Of a stretch of 64,000 nucleotides of DNA, positions 47,194 through 55,987 are shown piece after piece. The notes beneath the pieces are model-generated. The model did no database searches, was not told the DNA's origin, and worked only from the letters and a program-made list of their open reading frames with translations. Position 1 is the stretch's first letter; each line of letters opens with the position of its first letter. The position numbers were made by a program, and so were the translations under genes. This DNA comes from an uncultured Chloroflexia bacterium (lineage in GTDB: Bacteria; Chloroflexota; Limnocylindria; Limnocylindrales; CSP1-4), in contig CAVVJT010000005.1 in the NCBI GenBank assembly GCA_963748625.1, positions 7,482 to 71,481 on the forward strand, in the 5' to 3' direction.

Positions 47194-50100
47194 CTAGCGG
47201 GTGACGCGCTGGTTCACGACGGGGCTGGTGCTGCCGGCGTAGTTCGTGGATGCGACATAGCGCGCCGTCATCTGGTACGTGCCGGTGTTCAGGCCCGTGT
47301 TCCGGTAGCTGAGAACGGCGACGCCGTTGACCAGCGTTGCGGTCCCGATCCGGTTGCCGTTGCGGAAGAAGCGGACCGTCCCGGTGGGGGTACCGCCGCC
47401 GGGGGCGACGGCGACGACGGTCGCCCGGTAGGTGATGGTGTTCTGGCGGCTGACCGGGGTGGTCAGCGTGAGCGTGGTGCCCGTTGAGGCCCGGCTGACG
47501 ACCTGGGCGAGCGGTGCGCTGGTGCTGGAGGTGTAGTTCGTGTCGCCGGGGTAGACCGCCCGGACGGCGTGCGTGCCGACGGACAGCCCCGTGGTGGTGA
47601 TCGACGCCACGCCGAACGCGTCGATTGCCTGGGGCGCGCCGAGGTTGGCGCCGTCCAGGGTGAACTGGACGGTGCCGCCCGGATTGATCCCGAGGCTGCC
47701 GTTCTGCGGTGTGACGGTGGCGGTGAAGGTGACGGACTGGCGGAAAACGCTGTTCGCGTCGTTCGAGACGACCACGGTGGTCGTCGTGAGCTGGGCCACC
47801 ACGGTGTGGGCAAGCGCGGCGGACGTTGCACCGAGGAAGTACGTGTCGCCCGAGTAGCGGACGGTGATCGAGCGGTTGCCGGTGGTGAGGGCGGACGTCT
47901 GGATGACGACGGCAGACCCGATGACCGGAACGGCCGCGCCCGTATCGACGCCGTCGACCACGAGCTGGAGCGTGCCCGTCGGCGTGCCGGCGAGCGGGTT
48001 AGGGTTGTTGACCGTCGCGACGAAGCTCGTGATGGCACCGGCCTTGGTCGGGTTGAACTGGGTGGACAACCCGATGGTGACCGGGGCCCGGAGGATCGTG
48101 AGCGACCGGCTGACCGGGGCCGCGGCCTGCCAGTTGCCGTTGCCCGGCTGGGTGGCCGTGATGGTGCACAGGCCGGGCGCGACGAGGAACACGGCCGTGC
48201 CGGTGACCATGCAGGTTGCCGGCGTGTCCGAGGTGAAGGCGACCGCCAGGCCGGACGTGGACGTCGCGCTCACGAGGAACGACACGGTGCCCCACGTGCG
48301 GTTGGCCTGGGCCGCGAACACGATGGCCTGGGGGGCCGGCGTGACGGTGACCGTCCCGGCGGCGTAGCTGATGGTGTAGTTCGGGTCGGCGGCGCCCGAG
48401 CAGGTGCTCGGGTAGACACCGGTGTCCGAGGTGGAGGTGGCGGTGGTGGAGCAGGCCGGCGGGGTGGCGGGGGCGGTGTCCGGTGCGACGAGGCCTGCGT
48501 AGATGGGCGTGATGGCCGGCACGGCGGCGCCGTAGACCATGGTCCCGGTCGAGGCCGTGATCGTGAGGGCGGCCTGGGCGACCGTGACCGTGCCGTCCAC
48601 CAGGGTGATGCCGTAGTTCGTGTCGGCGAAGCCGGTGCAGGTGACCGGGTACGGGCTGCCGCCCACGCCGCTGCCCTGGGTGTAGGTCGTGGTGCACGTG
48701 CCGACCGTGGCCGGGGCGAGATCGCCCGCGACGAGGCCCGCGTAGGCGGGATCCATCGGGCCCGGGACTGCGTCGCCGTACGTGACGGCGAAGCTCGGCG
48801 CGGTGATGGTCAGCGGGGCGGGTGTGATCGTCACGGTCCCGGCGGCGTAGCTGATGGTGTAGTTCGGGTCGGCGGCGCCCGAGCAGGTGCTCGGGTAGAC
48901 ACCGGTGTCCGAGGTGGAGGTGGCGGTGGTGGAGCAGGCCGGCGGGGTGGCGGGGGCGGTGTCCGGTGCGACGAGGCCTGCGTAGATGGGCGTGATGGCC
49001 GGCACGGCGGCGCCGTAGACCATGGTCCCGGTCGAGGCCGTGATCGTGAGGGCGGCCTGGGCGACCGTGACCGTGCCGTCCACCAGGGTGATGCCGTAGT
49101 TCGTGTCGGCGAAGCCGGTGCAGGTGACCGGGTACGGGCTGCCGCCCACGCCGCTGCCCTGGGTGTAGGTCGTGGTGCACGTGCCGACCGTGGCCGGGGC
49201 GAGATCGCCCGCGACGAGGCCCGCGTAGGCGGGATCCATCGGGCCCGGGACTGCGTCGCCGTACGTGACGGCGAAGCTCGGCGCGGTGATGGTCAGCGGG
49301 GCGGGATCCACGGTCAGGACGCCGTCCACGTAGGTGTACGCGTAGTTGCTGTCCAGCGCACCGTCGCACGTGATCGGGTAGGCCCCGACCGGGTCGCCCG
49401 TGACGTACGTGGTGGTGCAGACCGCGAGCGTCGTGTCCGGGTCCACGCCGGTCGAGTACGTCGGCGTAAGCGCCGGCGCATCCGCCCCGTAGAGGATCGT
49501 GAGGCTCGGAGCCGTCACGGTGGCCGGCGCCTTGCCGACCGTGACCGTGCCGTCCACCAGGGTGATGGCGTAGTTCGTGTCGGCGAAGCCGGTGCAGGTG
49601 ACCGGGTACGGGCTGCCGCTCACGGGCGAGCCCGCGGCGTACGTGGTGTCGCAGGTGCCGACCGTGGCCGGGGCGAGATCGCCTGCGACGAGGCCGTCGT
49701 AGGCGGGAAGGATCGGGTCGGGCTTCGGGTCGCCGTAGGAGACGGTGAAGCTCGGCGCGGTGATGGTCAACGGGGCCGGGCCGACGGTCAAGGTCCCGTC
49801 GACGTAGAACACCTGGCCCAGGAAGATCGGGTCCGGGGTAGCGCCCGTGCAGCTCGTCGCATAGGTGCCGACCGGGTCGCCGACGGTATAGGTCGTGGAG
49901 CAGGTGGCCTCGCCGACCGGGGCCGGGAGGTCCGGGGTGTAGGCGGCGGTGATCGTCGGGACGGGATCGCCGTAGAGGATCGTGGGCGAGGACGCCGTCA
50001 CGACCAGCGCGACCGAAGCATCGAGCGTGTTGGACACGCCCTCACCGGCCTCGTTCCAGGCAACGACCTTGTAGCGGTACACGGTCCCGAGCGTCGCGGT

Positions 50101-53100
50101 CTCGTCCGTGTAGGACACGGCGTTGGCGAGGGCGGTGCCGATCTGGGTGTACGGACCGGGCTCACCCGCGGTCAGGGTCGCGCGGAGGATCTTGTAGCCG
50201 ACCTCGTCCTTGGGATCGGTCCACGTTGCAAGGTTCGCGTAGTCCACCAGCGTGCCATCCGTCCAGCCGAGGACGACAGGACCGCCGGGCAACCTGGTCA
50301 GCACCGGGGCGTCGGGGACCTCCGAGTCCACCTTGACCGACACCGGCCGCATCATGTCCATCTCCTCGTGGGAGAGGATGTGGCAGTGGAAGACGTACTC
50401 CCAGTTGAAGTCCACGATCGCGTTCACGATCGGGGCGATCGGGGCGCCGGCGGCGTTGGTGTTGTTGAAGCCGGCTTCCGTGCCGAGGACGCCGTTCTGG
50501 GAGCCCTGGGCCCCAATGGGCATCATCGGGTTGAGCGGGCGGCGGCTGTCGGGGACGTTGAACGGGAGCTCAGGCACGATCGGGCGGATCGCCACGTACG
50601 TGTCCTGGAGCGGATTGATGCGGACCGTGTCCTTCCAGCCCAGCTCGTTGGGATCCGGTGGCTGGAGGTTGTTGTCCCAGGCCACCCGGTTGAGCACCTG
50701 GACGTCATAGAGATGGAAGTGGATCGGGTGGGTGTCCACGCCGTTGTGGGTGATCTTCCAGATCTGCGTGCCGTCGTCCGCGGATGAGATCGGGGTCACG
50801 TCGAGGGTGCTCGGCGTCCCGTTGGCATCGAGGATCTCGGTCACCGGGTTCACGTACGGGTACAGGATGATGTTCTGGGTGATCGGCGTCGCCCCCGGCG
50901 CCTCGAGGCCCAGGTTGGCCGTCATCCGCCCGTACTCGTCGAAGCTCGCCGAGTTCATCTCGTCATGGATGCCCTTGGGCTCATACGGGATCGAGAGCTG
51001 GGCGCCATCGAGCGTGTCGAACTTGAACTTGTCGCCCGGCTTGGCGCCCTCCTGGATGCGGGCGTAGCCGTCGCAGCGCGCGGACGGGTTGGTCGGCGCG
51101 GAGCACCAGCCGCCGGCGGCGAAGTTGGATCCGTACGCGTCGTTGTAGGAGGACTGGCCGACGATGATCGGGTTCTGGCCGGACTCGAAGACTCCGGAGC
51201 CATCGGCCTGGTGCTTGAATGCGGCGACCAGGCGGCCCTGGCGGTCGTTCGTCGTGTTCGGGCGGTCCCAGGCGAGCGCCGGCGCCGCGTTGGAAACCTT
51301 CACCTGCATGATCGTGCGGGTGTTGGGACCGTAGCCGGGCAGGGTCGTGTTGGCGCAGGCCGGCCGCAGGTCGGCGCTACCGGTGTAGTAGTCGTAGCAG
51401 GCGACGCGGGCCGGGAAGGCGGCCGGAGCATCGTTGTACAGGATCAGGGTCTTGCCGCGGTACTTGCTGAAGTCGACGATGACGTCAGCACGCTCGGCCG
51501 GGGCGAGGAGCAGCGAGTGCTGATCCACGTTGCCCACGTCGAAGCGCGTGGGATCGGTGATCCACGTGGTCGGCTGGGCCGGGATGGTCACCGGTGAGGG
51601 CAGGAAGCCACCCTCGGTCCCGATCTGGACCCAGTCCGGGCCCTTGGGGCTCTTGGTCTCATCGGGCGTCGGGAAGGCGGCTGTATCGGTGAGGGCCGCC
51701 TCCACCTCGGCGGGCTTGAGCGCCACCTCGGAGAGCGTGCCGGTGGTGGGATCCGCGACGTACCAGGACAGGTTCCAGAACCGGTCGTTGGCCGCGTTGA
51801 GGATGCGGTAGCGGTAGGCCTTCGGCTCGACCGTCGTCTTGGGATAGGCCGTGCCGTTGACGATCGGCGTGTCGTTGAAGGCCTCCATGCCCACCGAGAC
51901 GTTCGGGGTGCCGGGGATCTGCGGCGGCTCGCAGAACGGCTCGGACTGGTACTGCCAGGTGTCCGGGTTGTCGAGGTCGCAGGCAGGGTCGTAGTACGGG
52001 TTGTCGATGGGCTGGTACTTCGCCGTCGCGGACGGCGGCCAGAACCAGGGGCCGTACATCCAGCGCCCGAAAGAGCTCATGCCGGACGGGTCGTTGGGGT
52101 TCTGGGCGGGCATGTAGACGTGCGGCGCCCAGAGCGAGCCCTCGCCGCCCCACTTGCTGGTGTCCCAGGTGGGATCGGTGTCGTGGATGTTGGCGGGGAC
52201 GAAGGTCTTGTCCTGGATGATCAGCGGCGTGCCGATGCCGAGGCCTTCGTCAACCGTGGGCGTCGACAAGTCGTCGCCCATTGCCCCACCGGGCGCAGTG
52301 AGCGCCTTCTCGACGTCATCGGTGATGACGTAGCCGGCGGCCTCGCCCGCGTAGACGTTGAGGCGGGTGATGCCCCACGCGTGGTCGTGGTAGAACATCA
52401 GCCGCGCCGACTGCTGGTTCGTGTAGAAGAAGGTCATGGAGCCCGGTTCCGGATCGGGCATGTCGGGCACGTTGGAGACGCTCACGCCCTCGGGATACCT
52501 TGTGGCCTCGTCAGCCGGCGTGATCCACTGGTGCGGCGTGCCGTCGCTGATCCAGGGTGTGACGCCACCGTGGAGGTGGAGCGTGGCCCTGTTCTCCGAG
52601 TAGCAGTCCATCTTCTCGATGGAGCACATCGGGTTGCGGGCCTCGTCCAGGACCGACCCGAACTCCGCGGTCGTGTCGATCGGGACACCGGCGCCGTCAA
52701 GGTCGACGGAGTCGGGGCCCATGCCGGCGCCCATCAGCGTGGTGTCGACCGGCAGGAAGAGGTCGCCCCCGACGCCCGTCGGCAGCAGGTTGCGGAAGAG
52801 GATGCGGACAGGGCGGTCCTTCGTCGCGACGATCGTGGGGCCCAGGTAGTGGGGGACGTCCACACCTCGGGCGCGGGAGCCGTCGGGCAGGAGGATCGGG
52901 GTCGAGGGTCCGTTGGGGTCGAGGCTCTCGTTGCTCAGCGCTGCGCGCGCCCCGGGGACAACGTCCGTCGACAGCTGCACGTAGCCGCGCAGCAGCGTCG
53001 GCGGCACGTCCTCGTGGAATGTGTGCCGGTACTGGACCAGGCCGATCTCGTAGTAGTCGGCGCCGGGGTACGTCGTCGTGTCGGGCACGCCGACAGGGAT

Positions 53101-54681
53101 GTAGTTGCCCTGGTCATTGGCGGCGTCGGGCCCCAGGCCCGGGAGCGTGTTCACGAACTTGCGGATGCCCGGCGTGAGGTAGCCGGCTCCGGGGTTGGTG
53201 ACCGTGATGCCCGTGACGGCGCCCTTGACGGCGACCGTGGCGGTGGCGCTCGCGCCCTTGTCCGCCACGCCGACGGTGTCGGCGATGGTCACGGTCGGGG
53301 CCGAGTCGTAACCCTTGCCACCTGACGTGATCGACACGGCGGAGATGCCGATGGTCGCCGTCGCGGTGGCGAACTCTGTGGGCACCTGCTCGCTTGCGTC
53401 GGTGATGGTGACGCCCGGCGCCTTCGTGTACCCGGAGCCCGGGTCGGCGACCTCGATGCCGGTCACGGTGCCGTTGGCGTCCATCGTGGCGGTGGCAGTC
53501 GCGCGCACGCCACCCACGGTGATGTCGGGCAAGGTGATGGTGACGATCGGCTGCGACTGGTAACCGCTGCCGCCGTTGGTGATGACGATGTTGTCAACGC
53601 CGCCGCTGGCGGCCGCGGTCGCCTCGAAGCCGGTGGTGAAGTTGCCGCCCGCGAAGGTGACCGCAGGGGCGGTGAAGCCGAACCCGGCCTCGTCAACGGT
53701 GATGCTGTTGACCACGCCCTCGCTGATCACCGCGGTCGCTGTCGCCTGCGTGGTGGGCGTCATGCCTGGGGCGGTGATGGTGACGGCCGGGGCGTTCAGG
53801 TAGCCCTGGCCGGGGCTGGTGACCGTGATGTCGCTGATGGCGCCCGTCTTGGAGTCGACGGTCGCCGTGGCCGTCGCGCCCTCGCCCGGATCTGTCCGCA
53901 CGGTGGCGGACAGGGAGTAGATGCGGTCACGCGCGGCGACGGGGAACAGCGGATCGACGCCCAGGGACACGACGGCGCCGGCGATGGGCGCGTCGGGACC
54001 GACCGGGGAGGCGGTCACATCGGTGCCGGCCGCCAGGTCGAACGGGATGCCCTTGCCGTACCAGCCGATGACGTCACCGTTCTCCACGGCAACGTTCGGG
54101 GTCACGGGGAACGAGACGAGCTCCGGGACCAGCGGGTCCGCCAGGTTCGGGGCGGTCAGCGGGCCGCTGTCGTACACGACGGTGTACTCGTCGGGGTTCG
54201 CCGTGGGCCGCAGCACGTAGGCATGGAAGATGTCGCCTGAGAGCCCGGGCGTGGGCTCCTGGTTCCAGACCTGGAACCTGCGGAGCATGCCGGCGGGCAG
54301 AGCGCTGCCTGCGACAACGCCGAATGCCGCCTCCGTGTCGGTGGCGGTGGCTCGCGCGACGAGCGGGTTGCCGATCGCAACCGGCGGTGGCGCCGCGATC
54401 TCGACGACCGCGTTGACCATGACCTGGGGGCTGTTGGCGTAGTTGGAGTACGGGCCGAAGTAGTGGGGAACCGCCGACTCGTCGGTCGCGGACAACGGCA
54501 GGTCGCGCGTGGCGCCGTCCTGGCCGGTCGCCACAGGCTTGACTGCAGCGGGGGCTGGGGCCGGAGGCGCGCCAGCCGCGACCCCTCCATCGGGCCCTGG
54601 GCCCGAGCGGGCAGCACCCGCAGGTACGGTGACGACGAGCAGCATGAGTGCGGCGATAAGCGCCGCAAGACGCCTGAGCAT
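47194..54681 (-). CDS. Giant secreted multicopper oxidase with GxGY repeats, FN3, seven MBG-like modules and Ig-like domains
   Basis: Uninterrupted ORF. The likely start is ATG 54681 (MLRRLAALIAALMLLVVTVPAGA); the track ORF runs to 55077. Copper motifs are HLHGG (about 52570), FYHDHAWG (about 52385), HPIHFHL (about 50715) and HCHILSHEEMDMM (about 50360). GIRKFVNTLPGLG lies at about 53150. The FN3 reads YKILRA...YRYKVVAWNEAGEG. The MBG-like modules follow the pattern YGD..P......Y.GLV.GD.......C.T.Y........Y...C.G..D.NY.I....GT.TV. The C-terminal Big_3-like domains read VRYSGDTYFLGATS, AVYPGDTNYTSSTS and ARYVASTNYAGSTS. Confidence 0.88.
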   Translation of the reverse strand: MLRRLAALIAALMLLVVTVPAGAARSGPGPDGGVAAGAPPAPAPAAVKPVATGQDGATRDLPLSATDESAVPHYFGPYSNYANSPQVMVNAVVEIAAPPPVAIGNPLVARATATDTEAAFGVVAGSALPAGMLRRFQVWNQEPTPGLSGDIFHAYVLRPTANPDEYTVVYDSGPLTAPNLADPLVPELVSFPVTPNVAVENGDVIGWYGKGIPFDLAAGTDVTASPVGPDAPIAGAVVSLGVDPLFPVAARDRIYSLSATVRTDPGEGATATATVDSKTGAISDITVTSPGQGYLNAPAVTITAPGMTPTTQATATAVISEGVVNSITVDEAGFGFTAPAVTFAGGNFTTGFEATAAASGGVDNIVITNGGSGYQSQPIVTITLPDITVGGVRATATATMDANGTVTGIEVADPGSGYTKAPGVTITDASEQVPTEFATATATIGISAVSITSGGKGYDSAPTVTIADTVGVADKGASATATVAVKGAVTGITVTNPGAGYLTPGIRKFVNTLPGLGPDAANDQGNYIPVGVPDTTTYPGADYYEIGLVQYRHTFHEDVPPTLLRGYVQLSTDVVPGARAALSNESLDPNGPSTPILLPDGSRARGVDVPHYLGPTIVATKDRPVRILFRNLLPTGVGGDLFLPVDTTLMGAGMGPDSVDLDGAGVPIDTTAEFGSVLDEARNPMCSIEKMDCYSENRATLHLHGGVTPWISDGTPHQWITPADEATRYPEGVSVSNVPDMPDPEPGSMTFFYTNQQSARLMFYHDHAWGITRLNVYAGEAAGYVITDDVEKALTAPGGAMGDDLSTPTVDEGLGIGTPLIIQDKTFVPANIHDTDPTWDTSKWGGEGSLWAPHVYMPAQNPNDPSGMSSFGRWMYGPWFWPPSATAKYQPIDNPYYDPACDLDNPDTWQYQSEPFCEPPQIPGTPNVSVGMEAFNDTPIVNGTAYPKTTVEPKAYRYRILNAANDRFWNLSWYVADPTTGTLSEVALKPAEVEAALTDTAAFPTPDETKSPKGPDWVQIGTEGGFLPSPVTIPAQPTTWITDPTRFDVGNVDQHSLLLAPAERADVIVDFSKYRGKTLILYNDAPAAFPARVACYDYYTGSADLRPACANTTLPGYGPNTRTIMQVKVSNAAPALAWDRPNTTNDRQGRLVAAFKHQADGSGVFESGQNPIIVGQSSYNDAYGSNFAAGGWCSAPTNPSARCDGYARIQEGAKPGDKFKFDTLDGAQLSIPYEPKGIHDEMNSASFDEYGRMTANLGLEAPGATPITQNIILYPYVNPVTEILDANGTPSTLDVTPISSADDGTQIWKITHNGVDTHPIHFHLYDVQVLNRVAWDNNLQPPDPNELGWKDTVRINPLQDTYVAIRPIVPELPFNVPDSRRPLNPMMPIGAQGSQNGVLGTEAGFNNTNAAGAPIAPIVNAIVDFNWEYVFHCHILSHEEMDMMRPVSVKVDSEVPDAPVLTRLPGGPVVLGWTDGTLVDYANLATWTDPKDEVGYKILRATLTAGEPGPYTQIGTALANAVSYTDETATLGTVYRYKVVAWNEAGEGVSNTLDASVALVVTASSPTILYGDPVPTITAAYTPDLPAPVGEATCSTTYTVGDPVGTYATSCTGATPDPIFLGQVFYVDGTLTVGPAPLTITAPSFTVSYGDPKPDPILPAYDGLVAGDLAPATVGTCDTTYAAGSPVSGSPYPVTCTGFADTNYAITLVDGTVTVGKAPATVTAPSLTILYGADAPALTPTYSTGVDPDTTLAVCTTTYVTGDPVGAYPITCDGALDSNYAYTYVDGVLTVDPAPLTITAPSFAVTYGDAVPGPMDPAYAGLVAGDLAPATVGTCTTTYTQGSGVGGSPYPVTCTGFADTNYGITLVDGTVTVAQAALTITASTGTMVYGAAVPAITPIYAGLVAPDTAPATPPACSTTATSTSDTGVYPSTCSGAADPNYTISYAAGTVTITPAPLTITAPSFAVTYGDAVPGPMDPAYAGLVAGDLAPATVGTCTTTYTQGSGVGGSPYPVTCTGFADTNYGITLVDGTVTVAQAALTITASTGTMVYGAAVPAITPIYAGLVAPDTAPATPPACSTTATSTSDTGVYPSTCSGAADPNYTISYAAGTVTVTPAPQAIVFAAQANRTWGTVSFLVSATSTSGLAVAFTSDTPATCMVTGTAVFLVAPGLCTITATQPGNGNWQAAAPVSRSLTILRAPVTIGLSTQFNPTKAGAITSFVATVNNPNPLAGTPTGTLQLVVDGVDTGAAVPVIGSAVVIQTSALTTGNRSITVRYSGDTYFLGATSAALAHTVVAQLTTTTVVVSNDANSVFRQSVTFTATVTPQNGSLGINPGGTVQFTLDGANLGAPQAIDAFGVASITTTGLSVGTHAVRAVYPGDTNYTSSTSAPLAQVVSRASTGTTLTLTTPVSRQNTITYRATVVAVAPGGGTPTGTVRFFRNGNRIGTATLVNGVAVLSYRNTGLNTGTYQMTARYVASTNYAGSTSPVVNQRVTR
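48341..49306 (-). repeat. Near-perfect in-frame 483-bp tandem duplication (two MBG-like modules x2) inside the giant gene
   Basis: 48341-48823 and 48824-49306 are identical by eye except for 4 nt in the first 16 nt. Each copy encodes an identical 161-aa block (APLTITAPSFAVTYGDAVPG...NYTISYAAGTVT). A third stretch at about 49541-49630 is near-identical to part of the unit. Confidence 0.9.
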
Positions 54682-54923
54682 CCCGAATTCCCCTTCCCCG
54701 GGCCGGTCTGAGGTACCGGCATCCAACGGCCCCAATGCCCACACGGCACTCCCAAGGGGCCCTGTGCTGCACCGTAACCGCTCGGCGACCGGCGCCCATC
54801 GGGGGAGACCCCTACCCAACCACGGAAACCTGTGGTCCGGTACGTACGTGGATTGTCCGTGGCGGATGCGCGCGTCCGCCGGGTGCAGCCGCCCGGCGGA
54901 GGGGGCATCATCGCGGGGTGCCG

Positions 54924-55337
54924 ATGAACGCCGACTTCGAAGCCGCAGACCTGGTCCGGCGCCGCCCGGGTAACCGCCGGGCGCTGGTGCCCGATCCGCA
55001 GGTCGCCGGGTTGCTCGCCCCAGGCGAACTCGTGCTGGCGTCACGTGCCGGCGTGCTCCTCGACCAGCGGGCGCCACGCCGTGAGGAGCCCGACGCGGTG
55101 CCCGACGGCGTGTCCGGTGATCTCTACATCACGTCAGACCGCCTGCTCCACATCAGCGCGGTGATCGTGGAGGTCCCGCTGGGCGTGATCCTGGAGGCCA
55201 TCATTACCACCGACACCCTGTGGCTGCTGCTGGCCGGAGGTGGCAGCTGTGCGGTGCGCGTCCCCGACCCAGCGGTCCTGCGCGTGGAGCTGGCCGCCGC
55301 CCGGCGTGGCGATCCGGCCGGGGAGCCGGTCTCCTAG
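54924..55337 (+). CDS. Hypothetical protein divergent from the giant oxidase gene
   Basis: 137 aa from ATG 54924 (MNADFEAADLVRRRPG...). I recognise no motif. Its TAG stop overlaps the stop of the convergent response regulator within the tetranucleotide CTAG. Confidence 0.4.
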   Translation: MNADFEAADLVRRRPGNRRALVPDPQVAGLLAPGELVLASRAGVLLDQRAPRREEPDAVPDGVSGDLYITSDRLLHISAVIVEVPLGVILEAIITTDTLWLLLAGGGSCAVRVPDPAVLRVELAAARRGDPAGEPVS

Positions 55338-55987
55338 CCCTCCTCGCGGTAGCGGCGGGCCGCCTCGCCCCGGTTGGCGGCATCGAGCTTGTGCAGGATG
55401 TTGCTGACGTGCGTCTCCACGGTCCGCGGGGAGATCGTCAGCGCGACTGCGATGTCCCTGTCGGACAGGCCGTCGGCAAGGAGGCGCAGCACGTCACGCT
55501 CCCGGGCAGTGAGCCCGTCGAGGTCGCTGCGGTCCGCCGACTGGTCCACCTGGCCCCGCCAGGACACCTGGGCGAGAAGCCGGTGGGCGAGCCGGCGGCT
55601 CATGGCCAGCTCCCCGGTCTGCGTGCCCAGGAGGGCGCGGACGAGCGCGTCCGGGGTCAGGTCCTTGGTCAGGTAGCCACGTGCGCCGTAGCGCATGGCG
55701 CTCAGGACGTCGCGATCGCTCGCCGTCGTGGACAACACCACGATGGAGGTCGCCGGCAGCCGGGGTGCGAGCTCGCGCACGACGGACAGTCCGGAGATGC
55801 CGGGGAGCGCGATGTCGACGAGGAGGATGTCAGGTGCGATCGACGGTGCGAGCTCGATCGCGGCCTCACCGGTCGCAGCCTCCGCGACCATGTCCATGCC
55901 GCCGGGCCCGATCGCCGCCGCCACGGCACCCCGTACCAGCGGATGGTCGTCCACGATCATCACCCGCAGCCTGACCCCGTCCCTCAC
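55334..55987 (-). CDS. NarL/LuxR-family response regulator
   Basis: 217 aa. The receiver reads RVMIVDDHPLVRGAV...PDILLVDIALPG. The HTH reads LTARERDVLRLLADGLSDRDIAVALTISPRTVETHVSNILHKL. Confidence 0.92.
   Translation of the reverse strand: MRDGVRLRVMIVDDHPLVRGAVAAAIGPGGMDMVAEAATGEAAIELAPSIAPDILLVDIALPGISGLSVVRELAPRLPATSIVVLSTTASDRDVLSAMRYGARGYLTKDLTPDALVRALLGTQTGELAMSRRLAHRLLAQVSWRGQVDQSADRSDLDGLTARERDVLRLLADGLSDRDIAVALTISPRTVETHVSNILHKLDAANRGEAARRYREEG

Noticed and set aside
48341-49306. Diversity-generating retroelement (template/variable repeat pair) as the explanation for the 483-bp repeat.
   Set aside because: The copies are essentially identical rather than differing at adenine-templated positions. 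They are tandem and in frame, and no reverse transcriptase is encoded nearby.
54682-55077. N-terminal 132-aa extension of the giant ORF (track start 55077).
   Set aside because: The extension is Arg/Pro/Gly-rich and overlaps the divergent 54924-55337 gene region. An internal Met at 54681 is followed immediately by a classical signal peptide.
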